Below, piece by piece: positions 18,521-27,023 of a stretch of DNA of 36,556 nucleotides. Made by a program: the position numbers and the translations under genes. The notes beneath the pieces were generated by a model that searched no databases, was not told where the DNA came from, and worked only from the letters and a program-made list of their open reading frames with translations. The first letter of the stretch is position 1. Each line of letters opens with the position of its first letter. Location: positions 1-36,556 of the forward strand of contig JAUWNT010000002.1 in assembly GCA_030612495.1 (NCBI GenBank), read 5' to 3'. Source of the DNA: Candidatus Aminicenantes bacterium (lineage in GTDB: Bacteria; Acidobacteriota; Aminicenantia; UBA2199).

Positions 18521-21500
18521 TATATCTTGTTTTCCAGCCAGAAAATTGGTCCAAATATACTGGTTAAATCAATTGTCTTTTGATCTTTGATATCCGGGCT
18601 TCCTGCTTCACCAGTTCCATAGTATATTTTAAATTTTCCTCCGGAAAAAGAACCATATCCCTGTATTTTGCCTGAAAACACATCAGTATCTCCGATTGAA
18701 ATGGTTGATCCCATACTTGAGAGTTTAAAGCTGTAAACAAACTGGTTTCCTGTACACATGCATGGATCTTCTTTGACTCCGCTATCCACTGGAGCATATG
18801 TGTTAAAGTATACAACACTATTTAAAAATATGGGATTTGGTTCAAACAATATTTCAGAATCTTCATTTACATAATCAAAATATAATCCTTTATATGAGGT
18901 GAGTGAGAATTCAGTATCAGTTCCAGGACTGGTAAAAGAGCTTGTTATATCCTTGAAATCTGAGTTTTCTAAAGGAGTTGATATTGTTCCATCATCAATA
19001 AAACCAATAAATTGTCCTGTTTCATTATCAGGGTCCTTAGGTTTGGGTCTATGACCTGTTCCGAACAAAACCCAGAGATTAAAGTTCTGATCAAATCCAA
19101 GTGTAGGAGGAATAAAGATTGTTTGTCCATCATCTGCCTGAAATATTTTTTTTGGTCTCCATGTAATAGGATCACCATTCAAATTCACTTTCCAGATCCT
19201 TGCTCCATTGTGGTTGGTTTTTTTATAATCTCCTGTTTCACTCACATAAATATAATCTGCGAATCCGTCGTAATTATAATCCAGAACTGTTGGGGTTGAT
19301 GTGAAAGCATACTTAAATCCTGAATTCGTGTGAGTGTATACTCCGCTTACAAGAGTGTCTGGATCTGATGTTAAAGCACCATAAATGAACTTTTTAATAA
19401 GTGTACCATCATACGCATGGAGAATAAACAATGATTTTCCTTCCAGGTCTCCAGGAGCAGAAAGTTCTTCCATATCATAACCTCCTGATAAAATAACACC
19501 AGGAAAGTTGTCTCCATTTCCATCATTGGAAATCTGAGCGATTATTGGTTTGGCTTCAGTATATCCCATTGTTGAATCTGAGAATTCCCATAAGAATATG
19601 GGGTTAACCGGGTCAGTTATATCTAAGGCACAATATGTTTTACCACCAATTCCCATGCCAAAAATAATAACTGTTTTCCAATCAGTCCAATCACCATTGT
19701 TTGAGATTTTTACATCTTTTACTATTACTTTTCCATCTACAAAGTAATTGTGTCTGTTAAGAGAGTCTGTTACATCTGGAACTGAATGTTTTAATTTGGG
19801 AAGTAGTGATTGAGGAATAAATGCCCATAGTTCATCACCGTTTTCAACTTTTAGGCAATGCAGCATTCCATCATTTGCTCCTACATATACAACCTCTGTT
19901 CTTATAAATCCATCTCCTGAGTGTGCACCACTTTTAGTATAATAGTTATAGAAATCCTGATATGATGTGGAAAAAGCTCCTTTCCAGGGTAAAGGAGCGC
20001 CCACTACAACTGGATTAAAATGGAATATATCACCGAATTTCCAGTTATAGCCATTGTCTCCTCTGATAAAATTTATGACTGCATCCCTATCTGCATCATC
20101 CTGAGCAGGTATGCCACTGGTAAAATCCAGGTCTACTGCTGTTACATTAGTATTGTTAAAACCAACCAGGCTTCCATCTTTTACAGTCATTATTTCTCTT
20201 GAAGCTATTCTTGCATTTAAAACGAATCCTGCATCCCAGAGAAGTGCAGGGCCTGGTAAATCAAGATTAGGAGGAAAGTTTCCATCTTCGTCAAGTTGAT
20301 AACATTTTAAATGACCTTCCCATATGGTTTGAGTGTTTTTTGGAACAAAAGTTGCAGCATAGCCTCTTCTCTCACCATAAGTCAATGAATATTTTGGTGC
20401 AGCAAAAGAAGCATATCCTCTAACTTTCTCATCAATACTTGCAAAAACTTCCTTCATTGCCTTAAGCAGTGTGTCGTAATCAGTTGCTGTATAATATTCT
20501 CCTTCACCATTTTTAGCAGTTGAAGAGAGTAAAACATTGTCAATAGTGAACCCGATTGCATATGTAAATATGAATTGTTTATTTTTCATCTGAAGTTCAA
20601 AACGAGAATCATTTTTTACAGCATCAATATCATCAGGCCAGATGTCATTATGCTGAGCAAAATAAGCAAGATCATCAAGATAATTGGTTCCAGTATTTAG
20701 AAGATCTTCTTTATCATTATCATCAACGCCCTCAACATCAGTGTCACCCCATGGTGCGCTGTTATCCGGGGTATAAAAGAGGGAGTTGCTTGACAGATCA
20801 CGCAGTTGATCATCTCGTGTTGATTCTCCATCTGTCATTACAATTATAAAGTTCAACTGGCACCAGTTAGTTATTGGAGTGTTTGCAGATATGTTTTGAG
20901 CACCCGAGTCATTTAATGGTAGAAAATATTTGTCATCTGTAATACTACACTCACCACCGTGTCTGAAGTATGCCCATATTTCTGCATAGGTTTCAGAAAG
21001 GGGTGTCCATGTGTCAGCTTTAATTCCATTAATCAAAGCTTTATATGCATTGTAATTGCTATGTGTCTGGCAGTCATGTTTTAGTGTTCCCCCATCAGGA
21101 TCACCTCCTCCTGCGAAGATTGTAAGACCTATTCTTGGATATGCTTTGTTAGGGTCAGGGTCATCATCATAATCATCATAAATGCTCTTGATTACTTCTT
21201 TTAAAACTTTTCTTGCAACCCTGATTCTTACTCGTGTGTCTTCATAATTAGTAGTATCCGAAGTATCAAATGTACCATAGTCTGTAAAATGAGAGACTTC
21301 AGCTCTTTGGGTATCTGTTGCATGATAAAAAATCCAATTAAGATAACTGCCCATATGTCGTATTCCATCTCCACCTAAGAGTTTAGCAGTATGACCATTG
21401 TATGTATAATTTTTAGTCTCTGCCAATGTATATTGTCCTGTATCCGTCCAATTGTCACCATAAATTAGTCCAGGATTAAACTCAGGATGAAATATTACAT

Positions 21501-21651
21501 TGTTCATAGAACCTGAATTGTCCATAAGTATCATCACATTTGGTTTTAATATTGTATAACTTCCTCCTGAGAACAATGTTTCATCGTTCCATGCATTCAT
21601 AGAAAAACAAACAAATATAATAATAATAGATGTTAAAATAAATTTTTTCAT
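18520..21651 (-). CDS. pilY1: PilY1-like type IV pilus tip-associated adhesin with N-terminal vWA domain
   Basis: 1043 aa with a signal peptide. vWA MIDAS motif ILMDNSGSMN and MTDGEST. The C-terminal PilY1/PilC beta-propeller signature is VYVGANDGMLHCLKVENGDELWAFIP. Confidence 0.85.
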   Translation of the reverse strand: MKKFILTSIIIIFVCFSMNAWNDETLFSGGSYTILKPNVMILMDNSGSMNNVIFHPEFNPGLIYGDNWTDTGQYTLAETKNYTYNGHTAKLLGGDGIRHMGSYLNWIFYHATDTQRAEVSHFTDYGTFDTSDTTNYEDTRVRIRVARKVLKEVIKSIYDDYDDDPDPNKAYPRIGLTIFAGGGDPDGGTLKHDCQTHSNYNAYKALINGIKADTWTPLSETYAEIWAYFRHGGECSITDDKYFLPLNDSGAQNISANTPITNWCQLNFIIVMTDGESTRDDQLRDLSSNSLFYTPDNSAPWGDTDVEGVDDNDKEDLLNTGTNYLDDLAYFAQHNDIWPDDIDAVKNDSRFELQMKNKQFIFTYAIGFTIDNVLLSSTAKNGEGEYYTATDYDTLLKAMKEVFASIDEKVRGYASFAAPKYSLTYGERRGYAATFVPKNTQTIWEGHLKCYQLDEDGNFPPNLDLPGPALLWDAGFVLNARIASREIMTVKDGSLVGFNNTNVTAVDLDFTSGIPAQDDADRDAVINFIRGDNGYNWKFGDIFHFNPVVVGAPLPWKGAFSTSYQDFYNYYTKSGAHSGDGFIRTEVVYVGANDGMLHCLKVENGDELWAFIPQSLLPKLKHSVPDVTDSLNRHNYFVDGKVIVKDVKISNNGDWTDWKTVIIFGMGIGGKTYCALDITDPVNPIFLWEFSDSTMGYTEAKPIIAQISNDGNGDNFPGVILSGGYDMEELSAPGDLEGKSLFILHAYDGTLIKKFIYGALTSDPDTLVSGVYTHTNSGFKYAFTSTPTVLDYNYDGFADYIYVSETGDYKKTNHNGARIWKVNLNGDPITWRPKKIFQADDGQTIFIPPTLGFDQNFNLWVLFGTGHRPKPKDPDNETGQFIGFIDDGTISTPLENSDFKDITSSFTSPGTDTEFSLTSYKGLYFDYVNEDSEILFEPNPIFLNSVVYFNTYAPVDSGVKEDPCMCTGNQFVYSFKLSSMGSTISIGDTDVFSGKIQGYGSFSGGKFKIYYGTGEAGSPDIKDQKTIDLTSIFGPIFWLENKI

Positions 21652-21663
21652 TTTTTCCTCCTC

Positions 21664-22143
21664 TTAATATTCTGATGATAAAAGCACAACAGCAGTCTGG
21701 ATTTGTTTTCTTGCATCACCTATTGTTGGTATTGATACAAAAGATGAAACAATTAAATTCCACGCAGTTAAGCTTACACCTGCCTCTCCTCCAATTTCTA
21801 AAGAAACACCTGAAGGTGGAGGTGGTGTAAAAGATAAGAATCCAGTTACATTCTGTGGAGTTGAATCTGTTATCTTACCTGATTTATAACTCGAATAACC
21901 ATTATCTCCACCTGAAATTTGAAATTGAATAGATTGAGGATCAACTGTATTTCTCAATTCGTTTATTCCATAATTAATACCACTATTTGCACTAAAAAGT
22001 GCTGTTTTATCCTCTTTAAAATTTCTTGATACTGATATTTCAGTGGTACTCTTTGTAAGTCCTGAAATACCTAAAATAGAAATTATGAGAATTCCTATTA
22101 AAACAAGGATAAAAACCGAACCTTTTTCATCTCTTTTATTCAC
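21664..22143 (-). CDS. pilX: PilX-like minor pilin
   Basis: 159 aa. The N-terminus EKGSVFILVLIGILIISILGISGL is a PilX_N-type hydrophobic helix. Its position between the pilW-like and pilY1-like genes supports the call. Confidence 0.7.
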   Translation of the reverse strand: MNKRDEKGSVFILVLIGILIISILGISGLTKSTTEISVSRNFKEDKTALFSANSGINYGINELRNTVDPQSIQFQISGGDNGYSSYKSGKITDSTPQNVTGFLSFTPPPPSGVSLEIGGEAGVSLTAWNLIVSSFVSIPTIGDARKQIQTAVVLLSSEY

Positions 22144-22173
22144 TTTATATTCTCCTCTCCTAAATTTATATAT

Positions 22174-23349
22174 TTAATATACTCCATTAAAATTTCTTAC
22201 AAAGGTTTCATATTTCATATATGAATAATGAAATCTTCCAATTGGAACAGTAAAAGCTGGTACATCTCCCATTATTGGTTTATGATAGATTAGTCCTGAT
22301 TTGCTCATTTTATTTTTTTCTTCTTCAGTTTTCAAAAGAATATAAACAGATACACTTGCAATGTTTGTGTTTGTAAATTGGTCGATAAAAGGAACACAAT
22401 TTGCTGCTCCAGGGGAGCCTATTGGACATGGATCTGAGTAATTTATTCCTCCTGCAGGTATTGTTGTACCTATAGAAGCCCATAAGTCAGGTGGATTATC
22501 TTTTGTAATATATTCAAATTGAATATCCTCAATAAATGGTACAATGGGTACTAATCTAGAATCAATTACAGGTGAATTTAGAATGTCTCCAACTCCCTGT
22601 GTGTCAGTGGTTAATGTAAGTGATCTGACAATATTTCCAGTAGTGTCGAGTTCCTCACTGACAAGAAATATATTGAAATATTCTAATCTAATTACAGGAC
22701 TTCCAACTGGGTAAGGTGTTGTGTTATCATTTCCTCTTATTCCAAGATGGTTGGCATCTTCGCTTAAATCATCGTATTGAAGTGCAGAGAGAGCAGATGC
22801 AGTATTTAACAATCCTGAGTAGTAAACAGGTGTTGCTCTTATTGATAGTAATCCTGAACCAGGTCCTACTGGTTGATTAACTTTAAAAATATAATAACCT
22901 TTTATTCTAACAATAATGCCAATATCATTGTTTTCCCATGCTGTTATACCAGTATCTTTATCTTCAACACTTTCTACAGATAAAGTTATATCTCCTATAG
23001 GGTCAAAAGTTGCAGTTGTTTTTGTAGTGGCTTTAGGATCTCCAGAAGCCAGTATAATACCATCAGGCCCATTTGTGTTATTTAAAGGGTAAATACCAGT
23101 AAATGGGGATGGACCTCCTAAGAATGATGGAGTATAAAGTAAAGATAATACAGAACCAGCACTTCTTATATTGTCACATAATACCAGTTCTATTGCCCTT
23201 GATGCCTGGTTCATGTCAAGTTTTCTTCCTTCTGTCAGTGTAAAACTTTGAGTTCTCATAATAAGAAGGTACATTGCACTTAAAACAATAAGAAATATTG
23301 CTGAAGAAACCAATACTTCGATCATTGTAAATCCTTTATTTTTTTTCAT
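22174..23349 (-). CDS. pilW: PilW-like minor pilin (prepilin-type N-terminal cleavage/methylation domain)
   Basis: 391 aa with prepilin leader MKKNKGFTMIEVLVSSAIFLIV. Size and position match PilW. Confidence 0.75.
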   Translation of the reverse strand: MKKNKGFTMIEVLVSSAIFLIVLSAMYLLIMRTQSFTLTEGRKLDMNQASRAIELVLCDNIRSAGSVLSLLYTPSFLGGPSPFTGIYPLNNTNGPDGIILASGDPKATTKTTATFDPIGDITLSVESVEDKDTGITAWENNDIGIIVRIKGYYIFKVNQPVGPGSGLLSIRATPVYYSGLLNTASALSALQYDDLSEDANHLGIRGNDNTTPYPVGSPVIRLEYFNIFLVSEELDTTGNIVRSLTLTTDTQGVGDILNSPVIDSRLVPIVPFIEDIQFEYITKDNPPDLWASIGTTIPAGGINYSDPCPIGSPGAANCVPFIDQFTNTNIASVSVYILLKTEEEKNKMSKSGLIYHKPIMGDVPAFTVPIGRFHYSYMKYETFVRNFNGVY

Positions 23350-23756
23350 TATAAAGTCCTTCTTATTGATAGTATTAAAGGTTTAGAGTTTATCTTTTGA
23401 CTTCTCCATATTACAGAACTTGTTATTGTGTAGTTATCCATATCAATTTGACTTACAGTAATTGTCCTGGAAAAATCAGGATATTTCGTTATAGTACCAA
23501 AACCTTCTGTTTGGCCGGGAGTATAGTAACCTGGAAGTAATGAGGAGTCCAGTCTTAAAAGTATTTCAACACCTTCTTCTGCCAGTTGGACTGCTTTAGT
23601 GTGATGCAGAGCAAAGGAGTTCATTTTTATGTGTACTGTGGTCATTGTTAAAACTCCTATAATTACAAATGATAAAATAGTAACTGAAACCAGTGTTTCA
23701 ACAAAAGTAAAACCTTTTTTATTATTTAAAATCTTTTTCAACTTTAATACCTCCAT
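23349..23756 (-). CDS. pilV: PilV-like minor pilin
   Basis: Prepilin motif KKGFTFVETLVSVTILSFVI. An in-frame TTG at 23741, preceded by GGAGG 8 nt upstream, gives a more typical short leader (M)KKILNNKKG|FTFVE. Confidence 0.75.
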   Translation of the reverse strand: MEVLKLKKILNNKKGFTFVETLVSVTILSFVIIGVLTMTTVHIKMNSFALHHTKAVQLAEEGVEILLRLDSSLLPGYYTPGQTEGFGTITKYPDFSRTITVSQIDMDNYTITSSVIWRSQKINSKPLILSIRRTL

Positions 23757-24216
23757 AAGGATATAAATTTATATTAATTTCGTCTAAACCTTTATCTCCT
23801 TCAGATCTAAGTTTTATGATTTGAGTACCTAATAATTCAAATTGGTTAGGAGCATCAGGTTTCACAACAAGCCCTCTTGAATTTATACAAAAAGCTAATG
23901 GTGTGCCTGCTATACTAACATTAGATGCTGTTTCTCCACCATGATAACCTATTTCATCTAATAGTTTCCATGCCAGACCATCCCAGATAGAATATGAATA
24001 ACTGTTGGAAGTGAATGTCATTCTTATTGTTTTATTTTCCCTTGCTGTTCGTTGTTTGATTTTATAAATTTGCCCGGTAATTTCATTTGCATCATTTCTT
24101 AGATTTATCCTGTCTTTATTTCTAAAACCGTAGCCCAGAGTGATTGCCAGCATAATTCCAATAAATGCCATGACAACCATTAACTCAATTAAAGTAAATC
24201 CTCTGTTTTTTTTCAT
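23722..24216 (-). CDS. fimU: FimU/GspH-like minor pilin
   Basis: 164 aa with prepilin leader MKKNRGFTLIELMVVMAFIGIML. It is the first gene of the minor-pilin operon. Confidence 0.75.
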   Translation of the reverse strand: MKKNRGFTLIELMVVMAFIGIMLAITLGYGFRNKDRINLRNDANEITGQIYKIKQRTARENKTIRMTFTSNSYSYSIWDGLAWKLLDEIGYHGGETASNVSIAGTPLAFCINSRGLVVKPDAPNQFELLGTQIIKLRSEGDKGLDEININLYPYGGIKVEKDFK

Positions 24217-24236
24217 TGATACCTCACATAATATAA

Positions 24237-24252
24237 TGCAATTTTTATGCCA
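24237..24252 (-). promoter_or_regulatory. Sigma-54 (RpoN) -24/-12 promoter element upstream of fimU
   Basis: The minus strand reads TGGCATAAAAATTGCA, against the consensus TGGCAC-N5-TTGCA, with exact GG-to-GC spacing. It lies 20 nt upstream of the fimU ATG, with GAGG between. Confidence 0.55.
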
Positions 24253-24427
24253 ACTTAAATATCGTGTTTTTTATAAACCGACATCCTGCATTCCTTATTA
24301 TATAATGTTTTTCAAAAAAATAAAATTAAAAGATTATTTTGAGAAATTTTTTTTCATGCAAAATGGTGTAATTTTTACACAAAAAGAAACCTCATTTCAT
24401 AATTGAATACGAAACTCCAGGTAATTC

Positions 24428-24457
24428 TTGCCTATATTTTAGAATAAATGTTATAAT
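24428..24457 (+). promoter_or_regulatory. Candidate sigma-70 promoter TTGCCT-18 nt-TATAAT, 6 nt upstream of the ftsY ATG (leaderless-type)
   Basis: TTGCCT at 24428-24433, a perfect TATAAT at 24452-24457 and the ATG at 24464. No SD is present. Confidence 0.35.
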
Positions 24458-24463
24458 AAATTA

Positions 24464-25351
24464 ATGAAAAAAGAGAAAGAGAAATCTAAAATATCATTAA
24501 AGAAAAAAATTAATCTCATTTTAAATTCTAAGAAGAGTAAAGAGGAGATATTTGAGGAATTAGAGGAATTATTGATTCTCTCTGATATTTCTGTTGTGCT
24601 TGTTGAAAAGATCTTAGTAAACATAAAGAAAAGAGTAAAATTAAGCTTTGATAAAGAGGATTTTTTCTCTGTTTTAAAGGATGAGTTAAAAAAGATTTTT
24701 ATTTCGATTGGTTCAAATGAAATAAATCTTCCGGATGAAAAAAATATAATATTTATTGTTGGAGTTAATGGAAGTGGTAAAACCACAACAGCTGCAAAAA
24801 TTGGATATTATTATATGAATAGAGGTAAAAAAGTATTAATGTCAGCAGCAGATACTTTTAGAGCAGCTGGAAGTTCACAACTTTCTTTATGGGGAGAAAA
24901 AATAGGTATTCCTGTAATCGGGGGTGCAAAAGGAGCGGATTCAGGCTCAGTTGTTTTTAACAGCCTGAATTCTTTTAAAAGTAAAGATTTCGATTTACTT
25001 ATTGTTGATACTGCAGGGAGGGTTCAAACAAAGAGTAATTTAATGAAAGAGCTTGAGAAGCTTGAGAAGATAATAAAAAATTTTTTCCCCAATCAACCAT
25101 CTGAAGTATTATTGATAATAGATGCTACAATGGGCCAAAACACATTGGATCAGGCAAAAAAATTCAGAGAGTTTTCCGCAATTACAGGTCTTGTACTTTC
25201 TAAGATTGATGGCACTGCAAAAGGAGGTACTATTATTAATATAATAGATGATATGGGGATACCCGTGAAATTTGCTGGAACTGGAGAAACAGAAAAGGAT
25301 TTGGTTGAATTCTCGTATGATGATTTTATTGAGGCTCTTTTGAATGGTTGA
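24464..25351 (+). CDS. ftsY: Signal recognition particle receptor FtsY (short NG-only form)
   Basis: 295 aa with SRP GTPase motifs GVNGSGKTTTAAKIG, DTAGR and SKIDGTAKGG. Confidence 0.92.
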   Translation: MKKEKEKSKISLKKKINLILNSKKSKEEIFEELEELLILSDISVVLVEKILVNIKKRVKLSFDKEDFFSVLKDELKKIFISIGSNEINLPDEKNIIFIVGVNGSGKTTTAAKIGYYYMNRGKKVLMSAADTFRAAGSSQLSLWGEKIGIPVIGGAKGADSGSVVFNSLNSFKSKDFDLLIVDTAGRVQTKSNLMKELEKLEKIIKNFFPNQPSEVLLIIDATMGQNTLDQAKKFREFSAITGLVLSKIDGTAKGGTIINIIDDMGIPVKFAGTGETEKDLVEFSYDDFIEALLNG

Positions 25352-26429
25352 TATGTGTAAAAAAGCAGAAGATTTAAAGTTTATGAAAATTGCCATTAAA
25401 CTTGGTCAGAAAGGCGAGGGGTTCACAGAGCCTAACCCTCTGGTTGGTGCTGTGGTTGTTAAGAATGGAAAGATTATTTCGTATGGATTTCATAAAAGTT
25501 TTGGGCAGAAGCATGCTGAGAGAATGGCTCTTAGTCATATTACAGAAAAAAACACAACATTATATGTTCCTCTTGAACCCTGTTCACATTATGGTAAAAC
25601 TCCTCCATGTACTGATTTAATTATAAAAAAGAGTGTAAAACGGGTGGTTATTTCTATTAAAGACCCGAATCCTGTTGTTGGGGGTAAGGGAATAGAAAAA
25701 CTAAAGAAAAATAGTATTGAAGTAGATTTAGGATGTCTTAAATATCTTTATTCAGAAGTAAACAGACATTATTTGGAATATATGAAAGAAAAAAAACCTT
25801 ATGTTACAATAAAAGCAGGAGTTTCAATCGATTCTAAATTGACAGATAAATATAAAAACTCTAAATGGATAACAGGTAAGGAATTGAGAGAGTATTCACA
25901 CAGTTTAAGGGGTGAATTTTCAGCTATTCTTGTTGGAGTCAAAACAATAATTGAGGATAATCCCCTACTAAATATTAGAGAAAAGGCGTGGTTAGGTAAG
26001 AGACTTTATAGAATTGTTCTTGATTCAAATAATATTATGCCCCAGGATTTAAAGATTTTCAAGCATCAGGAGAATTTTCCCTTGATTATTTTTAGTTCAA
26101 AAAATGCGGATAATAAGAATAAAAAGGTTAAAGATCATTTTTTTGTAAAACCAAATAAGGATGGACTGGATGTGAGAGAAGTTCTGCACATATTATATAA
26201 AAAAGGAATTGCTTCTGTTATGGTTGAAGGTGGCGGAAATGTGATTAATTCTTTTTTGAAAGAGAGATTGTATAATGAAATTATCTTATTTTGTGCTGAT
26301 AAATTAATTGGGGCAAAAGAATCAGTGGAATTATTTTCTTCAGGTATGAGTATATTAAATCCAATTATTTTTAGAAAGAGGGAAATTTTGGAATTTAATT
26401 CCGGATATATTTTAAGGGGTTTTAAATAA
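25344..26429 (+). CDS. ribD: Bifunctional riboflavin biosynthesis protein RibD (deaminase/reductase)
   Basis: 361 aa. Deaminase zinc motifs HAERMAL and PLEPCSHYGKTPPC, plus a C-terminal reductase domain (VEGGGNVINSF). It overlaps the ftsY end by 8 nt; an alternative ATG lies at 25353. Confidence 0.93.
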   Translation: MVDMCKKAEDLKFMKIAIKLGQKGEGFTEPNPLVGAVVVKNGKIISYGFHKSFGQKHAERMALSHITEKNTTLYVPLEPCSHYGKTPPCTDLIIKKSVKRVVISIKDPNPVVGGKGIEKLKKNSIEVDLGCLKYLYSEVNRHYLEYMKEKKPYVTIKAGVSIDSKLTDKYKNSKWITGKELREYSHSLRGEFSAILVGVKTIIEDNPLLNIREKAWLGKRLYRIVLDSNNIMPQDLKIFKHQENFPLIIFSSKNADNKNKKVKDHFFVKPNKDGLDVREVLHILYKKGIASVMVEGGGNVINSFLKERLYNEIILFCADKLIGAKESVELFSSGMSILNPIIFRKREILEFNSGYILRGFK

Positions 26430-27007
26430 TGTTTACTGGAATAATTTTAAAAATGGGAAAATTGGTTTCTTTAGAGAAAAAGAATAAGATTGAAATGACT
26501 ATTGATGTTGATCTTTCTGAAGGTATGAAAATAGGGGATTCTATAGCTGTAAATGGAACATGTTTAACTCTTATAAAAGCAATCTCTAATAGGTATAAAT
26601 TTAACTTAAGTAAAGAAACATTAGGGCTTTCGAATTTTAATGATCTAAGACCAGGAAGTTTTGTAAATATTGAGCTTCCTCTTACTTTAAATGATTTTTT
26701 GAGTGGACATCTTGTAAGCGGCCATCTTGATGGAACTGTGAGGGTTAAATCAATTAATAGGAGTGTTGAAAGTTCAAAAATATGTTTTACTTATCAGGAT
26801 AATAGCTGGAAGAAATTTCTTGTTTATAAAGGTTCTGTTACATTAAATGGTATTAGTTTAACAATAGTAGATGTAAAAGGCTCTTTTTTTTCTGTTAATG
26901 TTATTCCCCATACTTTTGATACAACAAATTTTAAATATTTGAAAATTGGAGAGAGAGTAAACATTGAATTTGATTTAATAGTAAAATACCTTTATAATTT
27001 AATCTAA
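26429..27007 (+). CDS. ribE: Riboflavin synthase (alpha chain)
   Basis: 192 aa with the canonical MFTGII N-terminus and a duplicated lumazine-binding repeat (VNGTCLT / LNGISLT). A TAATG overlap joins it to ribD. Confidence 0.92.
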   Translation: MFTGIILKMGKLVSLEKKNKIEMTIDVDLSEGMKIGDSIAVNGTCLTLIKAISNRYKFNLSKETLGLSNFNDLRPGSFVNIELPLTLNDFLSGHLVSGHLDGTVRVKSINRSVESSKICFTYQDNSWKKFLVYKGSVTLNGISLTIVDVKGSFFSVNVIPHTFDTTNFKYLKIGERVNIEFDLIVKYLYNLI

Positions 27008-27023
27008 AATAAGAAGAAAAAAT

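Noticed and set aside
25200-25400. Looked for an FMN riboswitch upstream of ribD.
   Set aside because: ribD overlaps the 3' end of ftsY, so there is no non-coding leader. No FMN-element-like conserved stems were seen there or upstream of ribE or ribBA.
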